A stretch of 32,000 nt of DNA, taken from NCBI RefSeq assembly GCF_008065095.1, contig NZ_CP042911.1, forward strand, positions 5,730,001 to 5,762,000. Direction: 5' to 3'. The translations under genes were made by a program, and so were the position numbers. Positions 7,725-16,850 of the stretch are shown here, piece by piece (positions within the stretch are counted from its first letter, which is position 1; every line of letters begins with the position of its first letter). The notes under the pieces were generated by a model that was not told the DNA's origin, made no database searches, and saw only the letters and a program-made list of their open reading frames with translations. This stretch comes from Gemmata obscuriglobus (GTDB lineage Bacteria > Planctomycetota > Planctomycetia > Gemmatales > Gemmataceae).

Positions 7725-8777
7725 TTACTTTACATCTCGCACGCAGCGGAACCCGGTGTGGTTGGCGCTGCTGTCGGTCGGGTTCTTGTCGCGCGCACCG
7801 GGCACGTACCGCGAGCAGTAAGAATCGTCGCACAGGAACGAGCCGCCACGCCGCACTTTTTGGGGCTGCCGTTCGCCGCCCACGAGCGGCCCGGTGTCCG
7901 GCCCCCGCGGGTTCTCTTTCGGCGAACGCGCGTAGTACCCCGGGTCGTACCAGTCGGCGCACCACTCCCACGCGTTGCCGCTCATGTCGTAGAGCCCGTA
8001 CCCGTTGGGCTGGAAGCTCTTCACCGGCGATAATCCTGCGAAGCCATCGGAGCCGGCGTCGCGAGCCGGAAACTGACCCTGGTAGACGTTCGCGTACCAC
8101 TTCCCATCGGCCCCGTTTTTATGATCGCCCCACACATAAGTCTTGCGGTCCAGGCCGCCCCGCGCCGCGAATTCCCATTCAGCCTCAGTCGGTAGCCGTT
8201 TCCCGGCCCACTTGGCATAGGCAGTTGCGTCGTCCCAGGTGATCTGCACGACCGGATAGTTCTTTTTGCCCTTAACGGAACTCTGCGGCCCCTCAGGATA
8301 GCGCCAGTTCGCACCGCCGACGTACCGCCACCACACCGGTATATCGAGGGGCACGTCCATCGGGACGAACACCGCTGATCCTGGTTTGAGGTATGCGGGG
8401 TCTGAGGAGGGGTAGCGGCGTGGGTCCGGCGCTTGCTCGGCCGTGGTCACGTAGCCAGTTGCCTTTACGAACGCGGCGAACTGCCCGACGGTTACTTCGG
8501 TCGCGTCCATCTCGAAGGCAGCGATCACGACTTCGTGAAGCGGTTGTTCGTCCTCTGCGCCGCTCGCGCGCCCCATCCAAAACGTGCCCCCGGGAATGCG
8601 AACTGTCTCAGCCGGCGTGGCGTCCGAGTCGGATGCAGGGTCGAACTCACCGCCCCAACCGATCGCCAGAACGACGATAATCAAGCCAGCAACCAAGAGT
8701 AGTGGCACAAGCCAGATCACGTTGCCGCGACGTGTTCGAAGCGCTGAGACGGCCGGTCGCGGATCGGGCTTTCCCAT
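7725..8777 (-). CDS. Formylglycine-generating enzyme (SUMF1/FGE-sulfatase domain) family protein with an N-terminal membrane anchor
   Basis: Motifs present: RIPGGTFWMG, PLHEVVIAAFEMDATEVT, LPTEAEWEFAARGG, YGLYDMSGNAWEWCADWY and VRRGGSF. The N-terminal TM segment is VIWLVPLLLVAGLIIVVLAI. Confidence 0.9.
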   Translation of the reverse strand: MGKPDPRPAVSALRTRRGNVIWLVPLLLVAGLIIVVLAIGWGGEFDPASDSDATPAETVRIPGGTFWMGRASGAEDEQPLHEVVIAAFEMDATEVTVGQFAAFVKATGYVTTAEQAPDPRRYPSSDPAYLKPGSAVFVPMDVPLDIPVWWRYVGGANWRYPEGPQSSVKGKKNYPVVQITWDDATAYAKWAGKRLPTEAEWEFAARGGLDRKTYVWGDHKNGADGKWYANVYQGQFPARDAGSDGFAGLSPVKSFQPNGYGLYDMSGNAWEWCADWYDPGYYARSPKENPRGPDTGPLVGGERQPQKVRRGGSFLCDDSYCSRYVPGARDKNPTDSSANHTGFRCVRDVK

Positions 8778-8862
8778 AAAACAGCTCGCGCAGTAGCATT
8801 AACGTGACAAAGTTCATCGCTGAACTTGCCAACAGATGCTGATCCGGCGAAAACGAGAAGGA

Positions 8863-9696
8863 ATGTCACAGGCTAACCCGCGAGTCCTCCCCGGCTACCG
8901 GCTGAGTATCAGCTTCACGCTCCTCTATTTGAGCGTGCTGGTGATTATACCGCTAGGCGTGTGCGTGGTGACCGCGACGCAACTCAGTTGGGATCAGTTT
9001 CGAGCCGCGGTGTGGACCGAACGGGCCAGAGCGGCTTACGCGCTCACGTTCGGCGCGTCGCTCGCAGCGGCGTGTATCAGTGCGGTACTGGGATTGCTCA
9101 TCGCGTGGGTACTAGTGCGTTACGAGTTCCCCGGACGGCGGATCGTGGACGCGCTGGTGGATCTACCCTTCGCGCTACCGACGGCCGTTGCAGGACTGGT
9201 GTTCTCGAACCTGTATGTGGCGAACGGTTGGCTCGGACGGTTCCTCGTGCCCCTAGGCGTTGAGGGAGCGTACTCGCGGCTCGCGGTGGTGCTGGTGTTG
9301 GTGTTCATCGGGTTCCCGTTCGTCGTGCGAACCCTTCAGCCGGTACTGGCGGCCCTGGACGGCGAGGCCGAGGAAGCGGCTGCGCTGCTCGGCGCGTCGC
9401 GCTGGCAGACGTTCCGGCGGGTCACATTCCCTACGCTGCTTCCCGGGTTGCTCACGGGCTTCGCACTGGCGTTCGCCCGTGGCCTGGGTGAGTACGGGAG
9501 CGTCGTGTTCGTCTCCGGGAACATGCCGTTCAAAACGGAGATCGCGGCGTTCCTCATCGTGAGCCGGCTCGAAGAGGGTGGCCCGAACTCTTACCGCGAG
9601 GCGACCGCGATCGCGACCGTGTTGTTGTGCGCGTCGTTCCTGATGCTGGTGTTCATCAACCGGCTCGAAGCCCGGTCGCGGAAATGGAGCGGGTGA
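8863..9696 (+). CDS. cysT: Sulfate ABC transporter permease CysT
   Basis: The N-terminus RVLPGYRLSISFTLLYLSVLVIIPL and the EAA-loop region EAAALLGASRWQTFRRVTFP are typical. It is followed by cysW and cysA. I prefer the ATG at 8863, which follows GAGAAGGA. An alternative ATG lies at 8836. Confidence 0.9.
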   Translation: MSQANPRVLPGYRLSISFTLLYLSVLVIIPLGVCVVTATQLSWDQFRAAVWTERARAAYALTFGASLAAACISAVLGLLIAWVLVRYEFPGRRIVDALVDLPFALPTAVAGLVFSNLYVANGWLGRFLVPLGVEGAYSRLAVVLVLVFIGFPFVVRTLQPVLAALDGEAEEAAALLGASRWQTFRRVTFPTLLPGLLTGFALAFARGLGEYGSVVFVSGNMPFKTEIAAFLIVSRLEEGGPNSYREATAIATVLLCASFLMLVFINRLEARSRKWSG

Positions 9697-9699
9697 CGT

Positions 9700-10584
9700 A
9701 TGGCTCTTCCCCCCCCCACACGAGCGCACCGGCGTACCGAGCCGGTGTGGCTGCGCGTTACGCTCACCGTCCTGGCGCTGCTGGCGATGACCGTTCTGGT
9801 TGTGGTCCCCGTGATCAGCGTGTTCGTTGAAGCACTGGCGGACGGCGTCGGCGCCTACTGGCGGAACCTGACCGCCGACGCCGACACGCGGCACTCAGTA
9901 CTGCTCACCCTGACGGTTGCCCCGATCGCGGTGCTGCTGAACCTCGTCTTCGGGGTAGCCGCGGCGTGGGCGATCACGCGGTTCCGGTTCCGTGGGCGCA
10001 CGCTCCTGGTTACGCTCATTGATGTACCGTTCAGCGTCTCGCCGGTGGTCGCGGGCTTGATGTTTGTGCTGCTCTTCGGTCTCCAAGGGCTGCTTGGTCC
10101 TTGGCTCCGTACGAACGGGCTTCAGGTGCTGTTCACGGTTCCGGGGCTCGTGATCGCGACCACATTCGTGACGCTACCCTTTGTAGCCCGCGAGTTGATT
10201 CCGGTGATGGAGGCTATCGGCCCGGACGAGGAACTGGCGGCCCTCAGCCTCGGCGCGAGCGGGCGGCAAATCTTCTGGCGCATCACGCTTCCCAACATCA
10301 AGTGGGGCCTGCTGTACGGCGTGATCCTGTGCAACGCCCGCGCGATGGGCGAGTTCGGCGCCGTGTACGTGGTGTCGGGGCGCATCGCCGGCGAGACCTG
10401 CACGATGCCGCTTCAGGTAGAGGTTCTGTTCCAGGACTTTAACAGCCCCGCTGCGTTCGCGCTCGCGTCCGTCCTGACGCTCCTCGCCGTTGTCACCCTC
10501 TTGCTCAAAGTATGGGTTGAGGGACGGGTCCGAGGTCAGAAGACAGAAGAGAGAGAGCCGAACGAGGAGAAGCCTCCATCCTGA
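9700..10584 (+). CDS. cysW: Sulfate ABC transporter permease CysW
   Basis: It is a paralog of the preceding permease, with the EAA loop EELAALSLGASGRQIFWRITLP. Its ATG lies 3 nt after the cysT stop. Confidence 0.9.
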   Translation: MALPPPTRAHRRTEPVWLRVTLTVLALLAMTVLVVVPVISVFVEALADGVGAYWRNLTADADTRHSVLLTLTVAPIAVLLNLVFGVAAAWAITRFRFRGRTLLVTLIDVPFSVSPVVAGLMFVLLFGLQGLLGPWLRTNGLQVLFTVPGLVIATTFVTLPFVARELIPVMEAIGPDEELAALSLGASGRQIFWRITLPNIKWGLLYGVILCNARAMGEFGAVYVVSGRIAGETCTMPLQVEVLFQDFNSPAAFALASVLTLLAVVTLLLKVWVEGRVRGQKTEEREPNEEKPPS

Positions 10585-10641
10585 GGACCGGTTGCAGCAG
10601 GTACCTGTCATCTGAACTCTGTCCTCTGACCTCTGGTTGCT

Positions 10642-11709
10642 ATGTCCATTTCCGCTCAGAACGTGACCAAACGGTTCGGGGATTTCGTCGCGCTCGACAA
10701 CGTCAGTGTCGAATGTCCCGCCGGGGAACTGGTCGCCCTGCTCGGGCCGTCTGGGTCCGGGAAGACGACCCTGTTGCGCGTCATCGCGGGGTTGGAGGTG
10801 CCCGACGCCGGCACGGTTCTGTTTCGCGACGACGACATTACCCGGCGCTCGGCCGGCGACCGCAACGTCGGGTTCGTGTTCCAGCATTACGCGCTGTTCC
10901 GGCATATGACGGTGTTCGAAAACGTCGCGTTCGGGCTACGAGTGCGGAAGTGGCCGGAGCAACAGGTTCGCGAGCGGGTGCGCGAACTGCTCCAGTTGGT
11001 GCGCCTCGAGGAGAAAGCCCAACAGTACCCCGCGAACCTATCCGGCGGGCAGAAGCAGCGGATCGCTCTAATCCGCGCGCTGGCCCCGGAGCCGAAGGTG
11101 CTCCTACTCGACGAGCCGTTCGGGGCGCTCGACGCGAAGGTGCGCGCCGAGCTCCGCGACTGGCTCCGGCGGTTTCACGACGAGGTCGGCGTGACCAGCA
11201 TATTCGTGACGCACGACCAAGAAGAGGCGTTCGATGTGTCCGACCGCGTGGTCGTGCTCAACCAGGGGCGCATCGAGCAAGAGGGTACGCCGATCGAGGT
11301 GTTCGAGCACCCGAAGAACGAGTTCGTGATGGACTTCCTCGGAAACGTGAACAAGCTGCCGGTTCGCGTGGAGGGCGGGCGGGCGCTGCTGGGCGAGACC
11401 GGTTCCGTCGAGCTACCGGCCAAACTGTTCGGGTCCAACGAGAACGGCCGGACCGATGCTTACATTCGTCCGCACGAACTCGACATTTCGCGGACCGCAG
11501 ACGGTGGCAACTGTATGCTCGGCAAAGTTGTTCACGTCAACCCCGCGGGGTCGGTTGTTAAAGTGCGGCTGCTCGCTGAAGATTTCGGGCTGATGATTAA
11601 CGTTGACATTACCCCGGAGCGACACAGGACTCTGGCTCTGAAACAGAACGAACTCGTTTACGTGACTCCCAAGTCAGCTCGCATTTTCGAAGGGGATTAC
11701 TCGATCTAG
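10642..11709 (+). CDS. cysA: Sulfate/thiosulfate import ATP-binding protein CysA
   Basis: Walker [10 protein letters not shown], signature [11 protein letters not shown], Walker [12 protein letters not shown] and the H-loop VTHDQ are all present. There is a C-terminal regulatory (TOBE-like) extension. Confidence 0.95.
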   Translation: MSISAQNVTKRFGDFVALDNVSVECPAGELVALLGPSGSGKTTLLRVIAGLEVPDAGTVLFRDDDITRRSAGDRNVGFVFQHYALFRHMTVFENVAFGLRVRKWPEQQVRERVRELLQLVRLEEKAQQYPANLSGGQKQRIALIRALAPEPKVLLLDEPFGALDAKVRAELRDWLRRFHDEVGVTSIFVTHDQEEAFDVSDRVVVLNQGRIEQEGTPIEVFEHPKNEFVMDFLGNVNKLPVRVEGGRALLGETGSVELPAKLFGSNENGRTDAYIRPHELDISRTADGGNCMLGKVVHVNPAGSVVKVRLLAEDFGLMINVDITPERHRTLALKQNELVYVTPKSARIFEGDYSI

Positions 11710-11735
11710 TCAGTGATCATTCGCAGATTTCCGCG

Positions 11736-11768
11736 CGGCTTGCAGAGTTAACTGCAAGCCGTTTCTGC
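11736..11768 (+). terminator. Intrinsic terminator candidate downstream of cysA
   Basis: A perfect 10-bp stem, CGGCTTGCAG (11736-11745) with CTGCAAGCCG (11752-11761), and a 6-nt loop, followed by TTTCTGCATTT. It lies 27 nt after the cysA stop. Confidence 0.6.
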
Positions 11769-12096
11769 ATTTATATGCTTAGATCCCGGAAACATGATAT
11801 TTCGCACTTGTTAAGTAATGAATTGGCGGCTACATTACTCCACACGACAACAATGATGTTTGATGTCGTGATTCGGAGACGGGCCATGATTGAGGGCTTA
11901 TTCGATCGCTACTTCCGCCTCCTCGCAGGCCAGTTGCCTGCCGCGGAATATGGCGTGATCGCAGACCAAACCGACGATGCGGTCGGAGCCGTCGTCTCCG
12001 AAATGCCGGAGTGTCTTTGTTGACCTTCCGCTTGCGCCTTCCTCCCGAATTTCATCACTGCCGACCGTCTCCAACCTGCCGACAAGGAGTTTGCCT

Positions 12097-13059
12097 GTGA
12101 ACCGGACCGAGACCGAGAGCCTCTCCCGCCGCGGTTTCACTCTGATCGAGTTGCTGGTGGTGATCGCGATTATTGCGATCCTGATCGGCCTCTTGCTGCC
12201 CGCCGTCCAGAAGGTGCGCGAGGCCGCCGCACGCATGAGCTGCTCGAACAACCTCAAGCAAGTGGGGCTGGCGCTGCACAACCACGAAAGCGCACTGGGT
12301 ACGTTTCCCTCCAGCGTCCGCCCAGCCGGCAGCACGACTTTGCCGCGGGTAAGCTGGACCATTCCGGCGCTGGCGTACATCGAGCAGGACAACCTTCGAA
12401 AGAACTACGACACCAACCAGACGTGGAGCACGACCACGAATCTGGCGGTTACGGCGCAGAAGATCAAGGTTTTCCAGTGCCCGTCGGCTGCCAACGCCGA
12501 ACGCCTGGACGGGGACCCCCAGACGAGCGTGTGGAACATCGTGGCGGTGACGGATTACGCCGCAGTGACCGGTGTGGCGGCGTACGCGAACGCCCCGGGC
12601 GCGGGGCAGCCGGGCATCCTCCAGAAGAACTTCACGGTGAAGATCAACGGGGTGACGGACGGGCTCTCGAATACCATCACGGTAGTGGAGTCGGCGGGGC
12701 GCCCGCAGATCTTCCGCCTCGGTAAAGCGGTGGGGACAGTACCGACTCAGAAGGTGAACGGCGGTGGCTGGTGCCGGCCGGCGTCGGACATCGAGTTCGC
12801 TCCGGCGACCGCCGACGGCACCACGTACACCGCCGGCACGGTCGCGGTGGGTGCGACGAACGGGTTCGATTACCCGACGTACAACGGGGCGCCCTACGGG
12901 ACCGAGGGCACGGGCCAGCCGTACTCGTTCCACACCGGTGGGGTGCAGGCGCTGTTCGGCGACGGTTCGGTTCGGTTCGTTCGCTCGTCGGTCTCCGTCG
13001 CGACCTTCGCCGCGCTCTCGACCCGATCCAACGGCGAAGTGCTCGGTAACGATTTCTGA
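12097..13059 (+). CDS. DUF1559 protein with a prepilin-type N-terminal cleavage/methylation domain and an H-X9-DG C-terminal motif
   Basis: [45 protein letters not shown] is the typical planctomycete pseudopilin-like N-terminus. [14 protein letters not shown] fits H-X9-DG. The GTG start at 12097 is preceded by AAGGAG at 12084-12089. The longer track ORF from 11977 has no such support. Confidence 0.9.
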   Translation: MNRTETESLSRRGFTLIELLVVIAIIAILIGLLLPAVQKVREAAARMSCSNNLKQVGLALHNHESALGTFPSSVRPAGSTTLPRVSWTIPALAYIEQDNLRKNYDTNQTWSTTTNLAVTAQKIKVFQCPSAANAERLDGDPQTSVWNIVAVTDYAAVTGVAAYANAPGAGQPGILQKNFTVKINGVTDGLSNTITVVESAGRPQIFRLGKAVGTVPTQKVNGGGWCRPASDIEFAPATADGTTYTAGTVAVGATNGFDYPTYNGAPYGTEGTGQPYSFHTGGVQALFGDGSVRFVRSSVSVATFAALSTRSNGEVLGNDF

Positions 13060-13075
13060 TTCCGCGTAGCGGCTG

Positions 13076-14521
13076 CTATCCGGTATCGGTTCGCTCCGCA
13101 ATTGCGGAGCGAATTGTGTTTCGTACCAGCTCCAGTTTGTCGTCCCAGCGGAATTCACGCGTAACCCGTGAGCGCCCGCTCTCACCGAGTCGGCGACGCA
13201 ACTCGACATCGGCCACGAGCCGGCCGAGTTGCGCCGCAAGCTCGTTCACGTCGCCGCACGCGGCATGAAGCCCGTCGGTGCCGTCGCGGATAAGTTCCGC
13301 CGGACCGCCGGCGCGGTAAACAAGGTTGGGCTTCGCGTTGGCCCAGGCTTCGAGCAGCACCAGGCCGAACGAATCCGAGCGAGACGGCAGCGCGAAACAG
13401 TCGATGCCGGCGAAGAAGTCGAGCTTTTGAGTTTCGCTCAGCCGCCCCAGTCGAGTTACGTGTGCCTTCGGTCCGAACGTGTCCCAGAACGACCTAAAGT
13501 TCGGCATCTCGGGTCCGGCGAGTACCACTCGGAACCGCTCCCCTCGCGCCCAGAGCCGTTCGGCTGCGCGGAGCAGGTCAACCGTTCCCTTCTCGGCGCT
13601 ATTGTTCGCCAGGTGACCGACGACTACTTCCGTCGGATCTACACCCCACTCGTACCGGACGGTTTCACGGTTCCCGCCGGTACACTCGGCCGGATTAACA
13701 CCCAACCCCTGAAGAACCAGTCGTTCATGCGCGACGCCGAGCGCCACGGCGGCGTCGCATTCGGTGTGGGTCTGCACGAACACACGGTCCGCCTGATTCA
13801 GAAGCCAGCGGAGGTACGGTTTCGTGTACTGGCGACGGGTCCGGTCGTACGGGTCGTGCGGGTCGCCAAGGTGAAGGAATGGTGTGAGCAGGAACGGCAC
13901 CCCGCGTCGTCGCGCGAGCCGCAACCCACACGCGATCGGGAACCCATACGGGAACGCCGTGGCGTGAACCGCGTCGAGGGGGCCGTTGTAGGTCCAGGCG
14001 TCGCGCCACATTTGCGGGCACACCGGGTTGCACGGTACAGTCAGGCACTGCCAGCGACGGTGAGGAAGCAGTGAGAGGGCTTTAAGTAAGTACCGGCGAG
14101 CAGGGAAGTGGAGGGGCGTATAGCGGTGAAGCCCTACCCCTCCCAGTCCCCCCTCCCGGACGGCAAGGGGGGAGAGAGACGCTTCGGAATCAGATGGCAC
14201 ATTGGGCACGTTGAACGTCAACGGCGAAGGCTCCCCCCTGCCTGAAAGGAAGCTGGGGCCGGGGGAGGTAGATCTTCCCCACATCTCTCTCAGCTCGATG
14301 GCGGTGCTGGTCCACACGTCCACGCGATCGCCCTGTGCGGCGAGGTACGCGCACAACCGGGCCGTGTACGTCTCTGATCCACCTAATGCAGGTGGAAACC
14401 GTTGCACGAACTGCGCGACGTGCAGCGCCTGCTTGGTCGAGCGATTGGGGATTCCAGTGAATGGCGAATCCGGTACGATGCTCTTGTACGGCCCGTCAAC
14501 GGCCGTTCCTCCCCGTTTCAT
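13076..14521 (-). CDS. Glycosyltransferase, family 4 (GT-B, group 1), with an internal low-complexity insertion
   Basis: The N-domain reads LHVAQFVQRFPPALGGSETY. The C-domain reads GHLANNSAEKG, LAGPE and PSRSDSFGLVLLEAWANAKP (E-x7-E region). The start is assigned to the ATG at 14521 because it is the closest in-frame canonical start before the first beta strand. Confidence 0.8.
   Translation of the reverse strand: MKRGGTAVDGPYKSIVPDSPFTGIPNRSTKQALHVAQFVQRFPPALGGSETYTARLCAYLAAQGDRVDVWTSTAIELREMWGRSTSPGPSFLSGRGEPSPLTFNVPNVPSDSEASLSPLAVREGGLGGVGLHRYTPLHFPARRYLLKALSLLPHRRWQCLTVPCNPVCPQMWRDAWTYNGPLDAVHATAFPYGFPIACGLRLARRRGVPFLLTPFLHLGDPHDPYDRTRRQYTKPYLRWLLNQADRVFVQTHTECDAAVALGVAHERLVLQGLGVNPAECTGGNRETVRYEWGVDPTEVVVGHLANNSAEKGTVDLLRAAERLWARGERFRVVLAGPEMPNFRSFWDTFGPKAHVTRLGRLSETQKLDFFAGIDCFALPSRSDSFGLVLLEAWANAKPNLVYRAGGPAELIRDGTDGLHAACGDVNELAAQLGRLVADVELRRRLGESGRSRVTREFRWDDKLELVRNTIRSAIAERTDTG
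13090..13120 (+). terminator. Intrinsic terminator candidate for the DUF1559 gene, embedded in the 3' end of the convergent glycosyltransferase CDS
   Basis: A perfect 24-bp palindrome, TTCGCTCCGCAATTGCGGAGCGAA (13090-13113), is followed by TTGTGTT on the plus strand, 31 nt after the DUF1559 stop. Confidence 0.45.
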
Positions 14522-14534
14522 GATGGCGCGACCA

Positions 14535-15731
14535 ATGATCCGCATTTCGCAACTGGCCAACTCTGTCAAGCCGTCCGCCACGATAGCCGCGGGCACGAAG
14601 GCCCGTCAACTGAAGGCCGCCGGCATCAAAGTGCTCGACTTCAGCCTCGGGGAGCCGGACTTCAACACCCCCGAACACATCTGCGCCGCCGCGGAGAAGG
14701 CCGCCGCCGGTGGGAACACCCACTACACCCCCACCGCCGGCACCGCCGAGGTGAAAGCCGCCATCTGCAAGTGGTACAAGTCGTTCCACGGCCTGGAGTG
14801 TGCGCCAGAGAACGTGATCGTCTCGAACGGGGCCAAGCACTCGATCCACAACGCCCTCGCCGCGACCGTGGGTCCGGGCGACGAGGTCATCATCCCGACG
14901 CCGTACTGGGTGAGCTATTCGGACCTCGTGAGCATGACCGGCGCGACCCCGGTGCTGGTCAACAGCACCCCTGAGAGCGGGTTCAAGATGTCGCCGGAGC
15001 AGTTGCGGGCGCACACCACCCCGCGCACCCGGATGCTCATGCTGAACTCGCCGTGCAACCCGACCGGCACTGTGTACTCCCGTGCGGAACTCGAAGCGCT
15101 GGTGGACGCGCTGAGCAACACCGACGCCGCCATCCTCAGCGACGAGATCTACGAGCAACTGACTTACGGCGACGCCAAGCCGACTTGCGTGGCGACCCTG
15201 CGGCCGTGGCTGAAGGACCGCACCATCACCATCAGCGGCGCGAGCAAGAGCTACGCCATGACGGGGTGGCGCATGGGCTGGGCCGTTGCCCCGGTTGCGG
15301 TGGTAAAGGCAATGGACACGATCCAGAGCCAGGAGACGAGTTGCCCGTCGAGCGTGTCGCAGGCGGCACTGGTCGCGGCGCTCACGGGGCCGCAGGACTG
15401 CGTGACGGAGATGCGGACGGAGTTCGCAGCCCGACGCGAACTTACCCTCGGGCTGCTGAAGCAGATTCCCGACGTGAAACTCCCCGCCCCGGAGGGCGCG
15501 TTCTACGCCTTCTTCGACGTGTCGGCGTATTTCAAGAAAACGTTTAGCGGCACGGCCGTTGCTGACTCGCTCTCGTTCTGCGCAACCCTGTTGGAGCAGG
15601 CACACGTGAACTTGGTGCCCGGCAGCGCGTTCGGCGCCGAGGGGTTCGTGCGGATGTCGTTCGCGACGAATCGCGAGACGATTGAGGCCGGCCTCAGCAA
15701 GCTGAAGCAGTGGCTCGCAACCGCGAAGTAA
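14535..15731 (+). CDS. Pyridoxal-phosphate-dependent aminotransferase, class I (aspartate aminotransferase-like)
   Basis: MIRISQLANSVKPSATIAAG...FSLGEPDFNTPEHI is present, with NSPCNPTG and SGASKSYAMTGWRMGW (PLP-lysine motif). The N-terminal 111 codons of the track ORF are antisense to the glycosyltransferase gene and are not counted. Alternative ATGs lie at 14520 and 14523. Confidence 0.9.
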   Translation: MIRISQLANSVKPSATIAAGTKARQLKAAGIKVLDFSLGEPDFNTPEHICAAAEKAAAGGNTHYTPTAGTAEVKAAICKWYKSFHGLECAPENVIVSNGAKHSIHNALAATVGPGDEVIIPTPYWVSYSDLVSMTGATPVLVNSTPESGFKMSPEQLRAHTTPRTRMLMLNSPCNPTGTVYSRAELEALVDALSNTDAAILSDEIYEQLTYGDAKPTCVATLRPWLKDRTITISGASKSYAMTGWRMGWAVAPVAVVKAMDTIQSQETSCPSSVSQAALVAALTGPQDCVTEMRTEFAARRELTLGLLKQIPDVKLPAPEGAFYAFFDVSAYFKKTFSGTAVADSLSFCATLLEQAHVNLVPGSAFGAEGFVRMSFATNRETIEAGLSKLKQWLATAK

Positions 15732-15874
15732 CGCCGCTTACTGCAACGGCACGAAGGCAGACATGAGAGAAGACCAAGGGAGTGCACCTGAGCGGGGGCG
15801 TCCCATCTCTTTCTTTGTGCCCTTTCGCGCCCGCCTTCCTGCCGTTGCGGTGAGAATCTCACACGAAGTGTGTC

Positions 15875-16831
15875 ATGCCCATCCTTTATCTGACCGAAGC
15901 GGACGTCGGCCGCGTGCTCACGATGGAGCTGGCGCTCGACGCCGTGGGCGCGGCGTTCCGCAAGCTCGCGCTCGAAGAGGCGGTGAACAACCCGCGGCAG
16001 CGGTGCCAGACCGATCACGTGATGCTGCACGTGCTACCGGCAGCCGCAAAAACGCTCGGCGCACTCGGGTTCAAAGCGTACACGGTTGCGAAGAGCGGTG
16101 AAGCGAAGTTCCAAGTCACGCTATTCGACCCCAAGCACGGCGGAATCAGTGCGGTCATCGAAGCGGATTTGTTAGGTCAGTTTCGCACCGGGGCCGCGAC
16201 CGGAGTCGCGACCAAGAAGCTCGCCCGCGCGGACGCTAGCACCGTCGGGTTGTTCGGCACCGGCAAGCAGGCCCGCACGCAACTTCTGGCGGTCTGCAAG
16301 GTACGGCCCATCAAGAAGGCACACGTCTACGGGCGCGACGCCGAACGCCGCAAGACCTTCGCGGCTCAACTGGCGCAGGAAACGGGCGTTGAGGTGATCC
16401 CCGTCGATCGGCCGGAAGAGGCCGCGCAAGGATTGGACATCGTCATCACCGCGACCACCTCACGCGAGCCCGTGTTGCTGGGCGAGTGGGTGAGTGAGGG
16501 ACAGCACCTGAACGTCGTCGGCTCGAACTTCCTGGCGAAGACAGAGACCGACGTGGAGGTGTTCCGCCGCACACAAGTCGTCAGTGCCGACAGCAAGGAA
16601 CAGGCGAAGCTTGAGGCCGGTGACTTCGTAGAGCCGGTAAAGGCCGGGGTGCTTCAGTGGGCCGACGTGCTGGAGTTCGCACCACTTCTGGTGGGTCGGT
16701 ATCCCGGCCGCGAGTCGCCGCAGGACGTGACACTGTTCAAGTCGCTCGGGTTGGGCATTCAGGACATTGCGCTCGCCGCGAAGGTGGTCGAACTGGCGAA
16801 ACAACAGGGGCTCGGGCGAGAGCTACTGTAA
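15875..16831 (+). CDS. Ornithine cyclodeaminase / mu-crystallin family protein
   Basis: MPILYLTEADV is present, together with RTGAATGVATKKLA, the Rossmann motif VGLFGTGKQA, and ITATTSREPVL and FKSLGLGIQD, which are typical of this family. Confidence 0.85.
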   Translation: MPILYLTEADVGRVLTMELALDAVGAAFRKLALEEAVNNPRQRCQTDHVMLHVLPAAAKTLGALGFKAYTVAKSGEAKFQVTLFDPKHGGISAVIEADLLGQFRTGAATGVATKKLARADASTVGLFGTGKQARTQLLAVCKVRPIKKAHVYGRDAERRKTFAAQLAQETGVEVIPVDRPEEAAQGLDIVITATTSREPVLLGEWVSEGQHLNVVGSNFLAKTETDVEVFRRTQVVSADSKEQAKLEAGDFVEPVKAGVLQWADVLEFAPLLVGRYPGRESPQDVTLFKSLGLGIQDIALAAKVVELAKQQGLGRELL

Positions 16832-16850
16832 AGACCGGCACCGCCGAACA

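Noticed and set aside
11775-12023. The 82-codon ORF in the low-GC region upstream of the DUF1559 gene.
   Set aside because: There is no recognisable motif or ribosome-binding site, and the composition switches midway. I kept it only as a possibility inside the leader-region finding.
12055-13239. The 394-aa minus-strand ORF antisense to the DUF1559 gene. I treat similar antisense ORFs the same way: 14496-15605 (-), 18671-19540 (+), 19179-19949 (+), 20246-21079 (+), 24157-25140 (+), 26590-28278 (+) and 28548-29675 (+).
   Set aside because: All are Arg/Gly/Pro/Asp-rich mirror-frame ORFs opposite confidently identified genes. This is expected in high-GC DNA.
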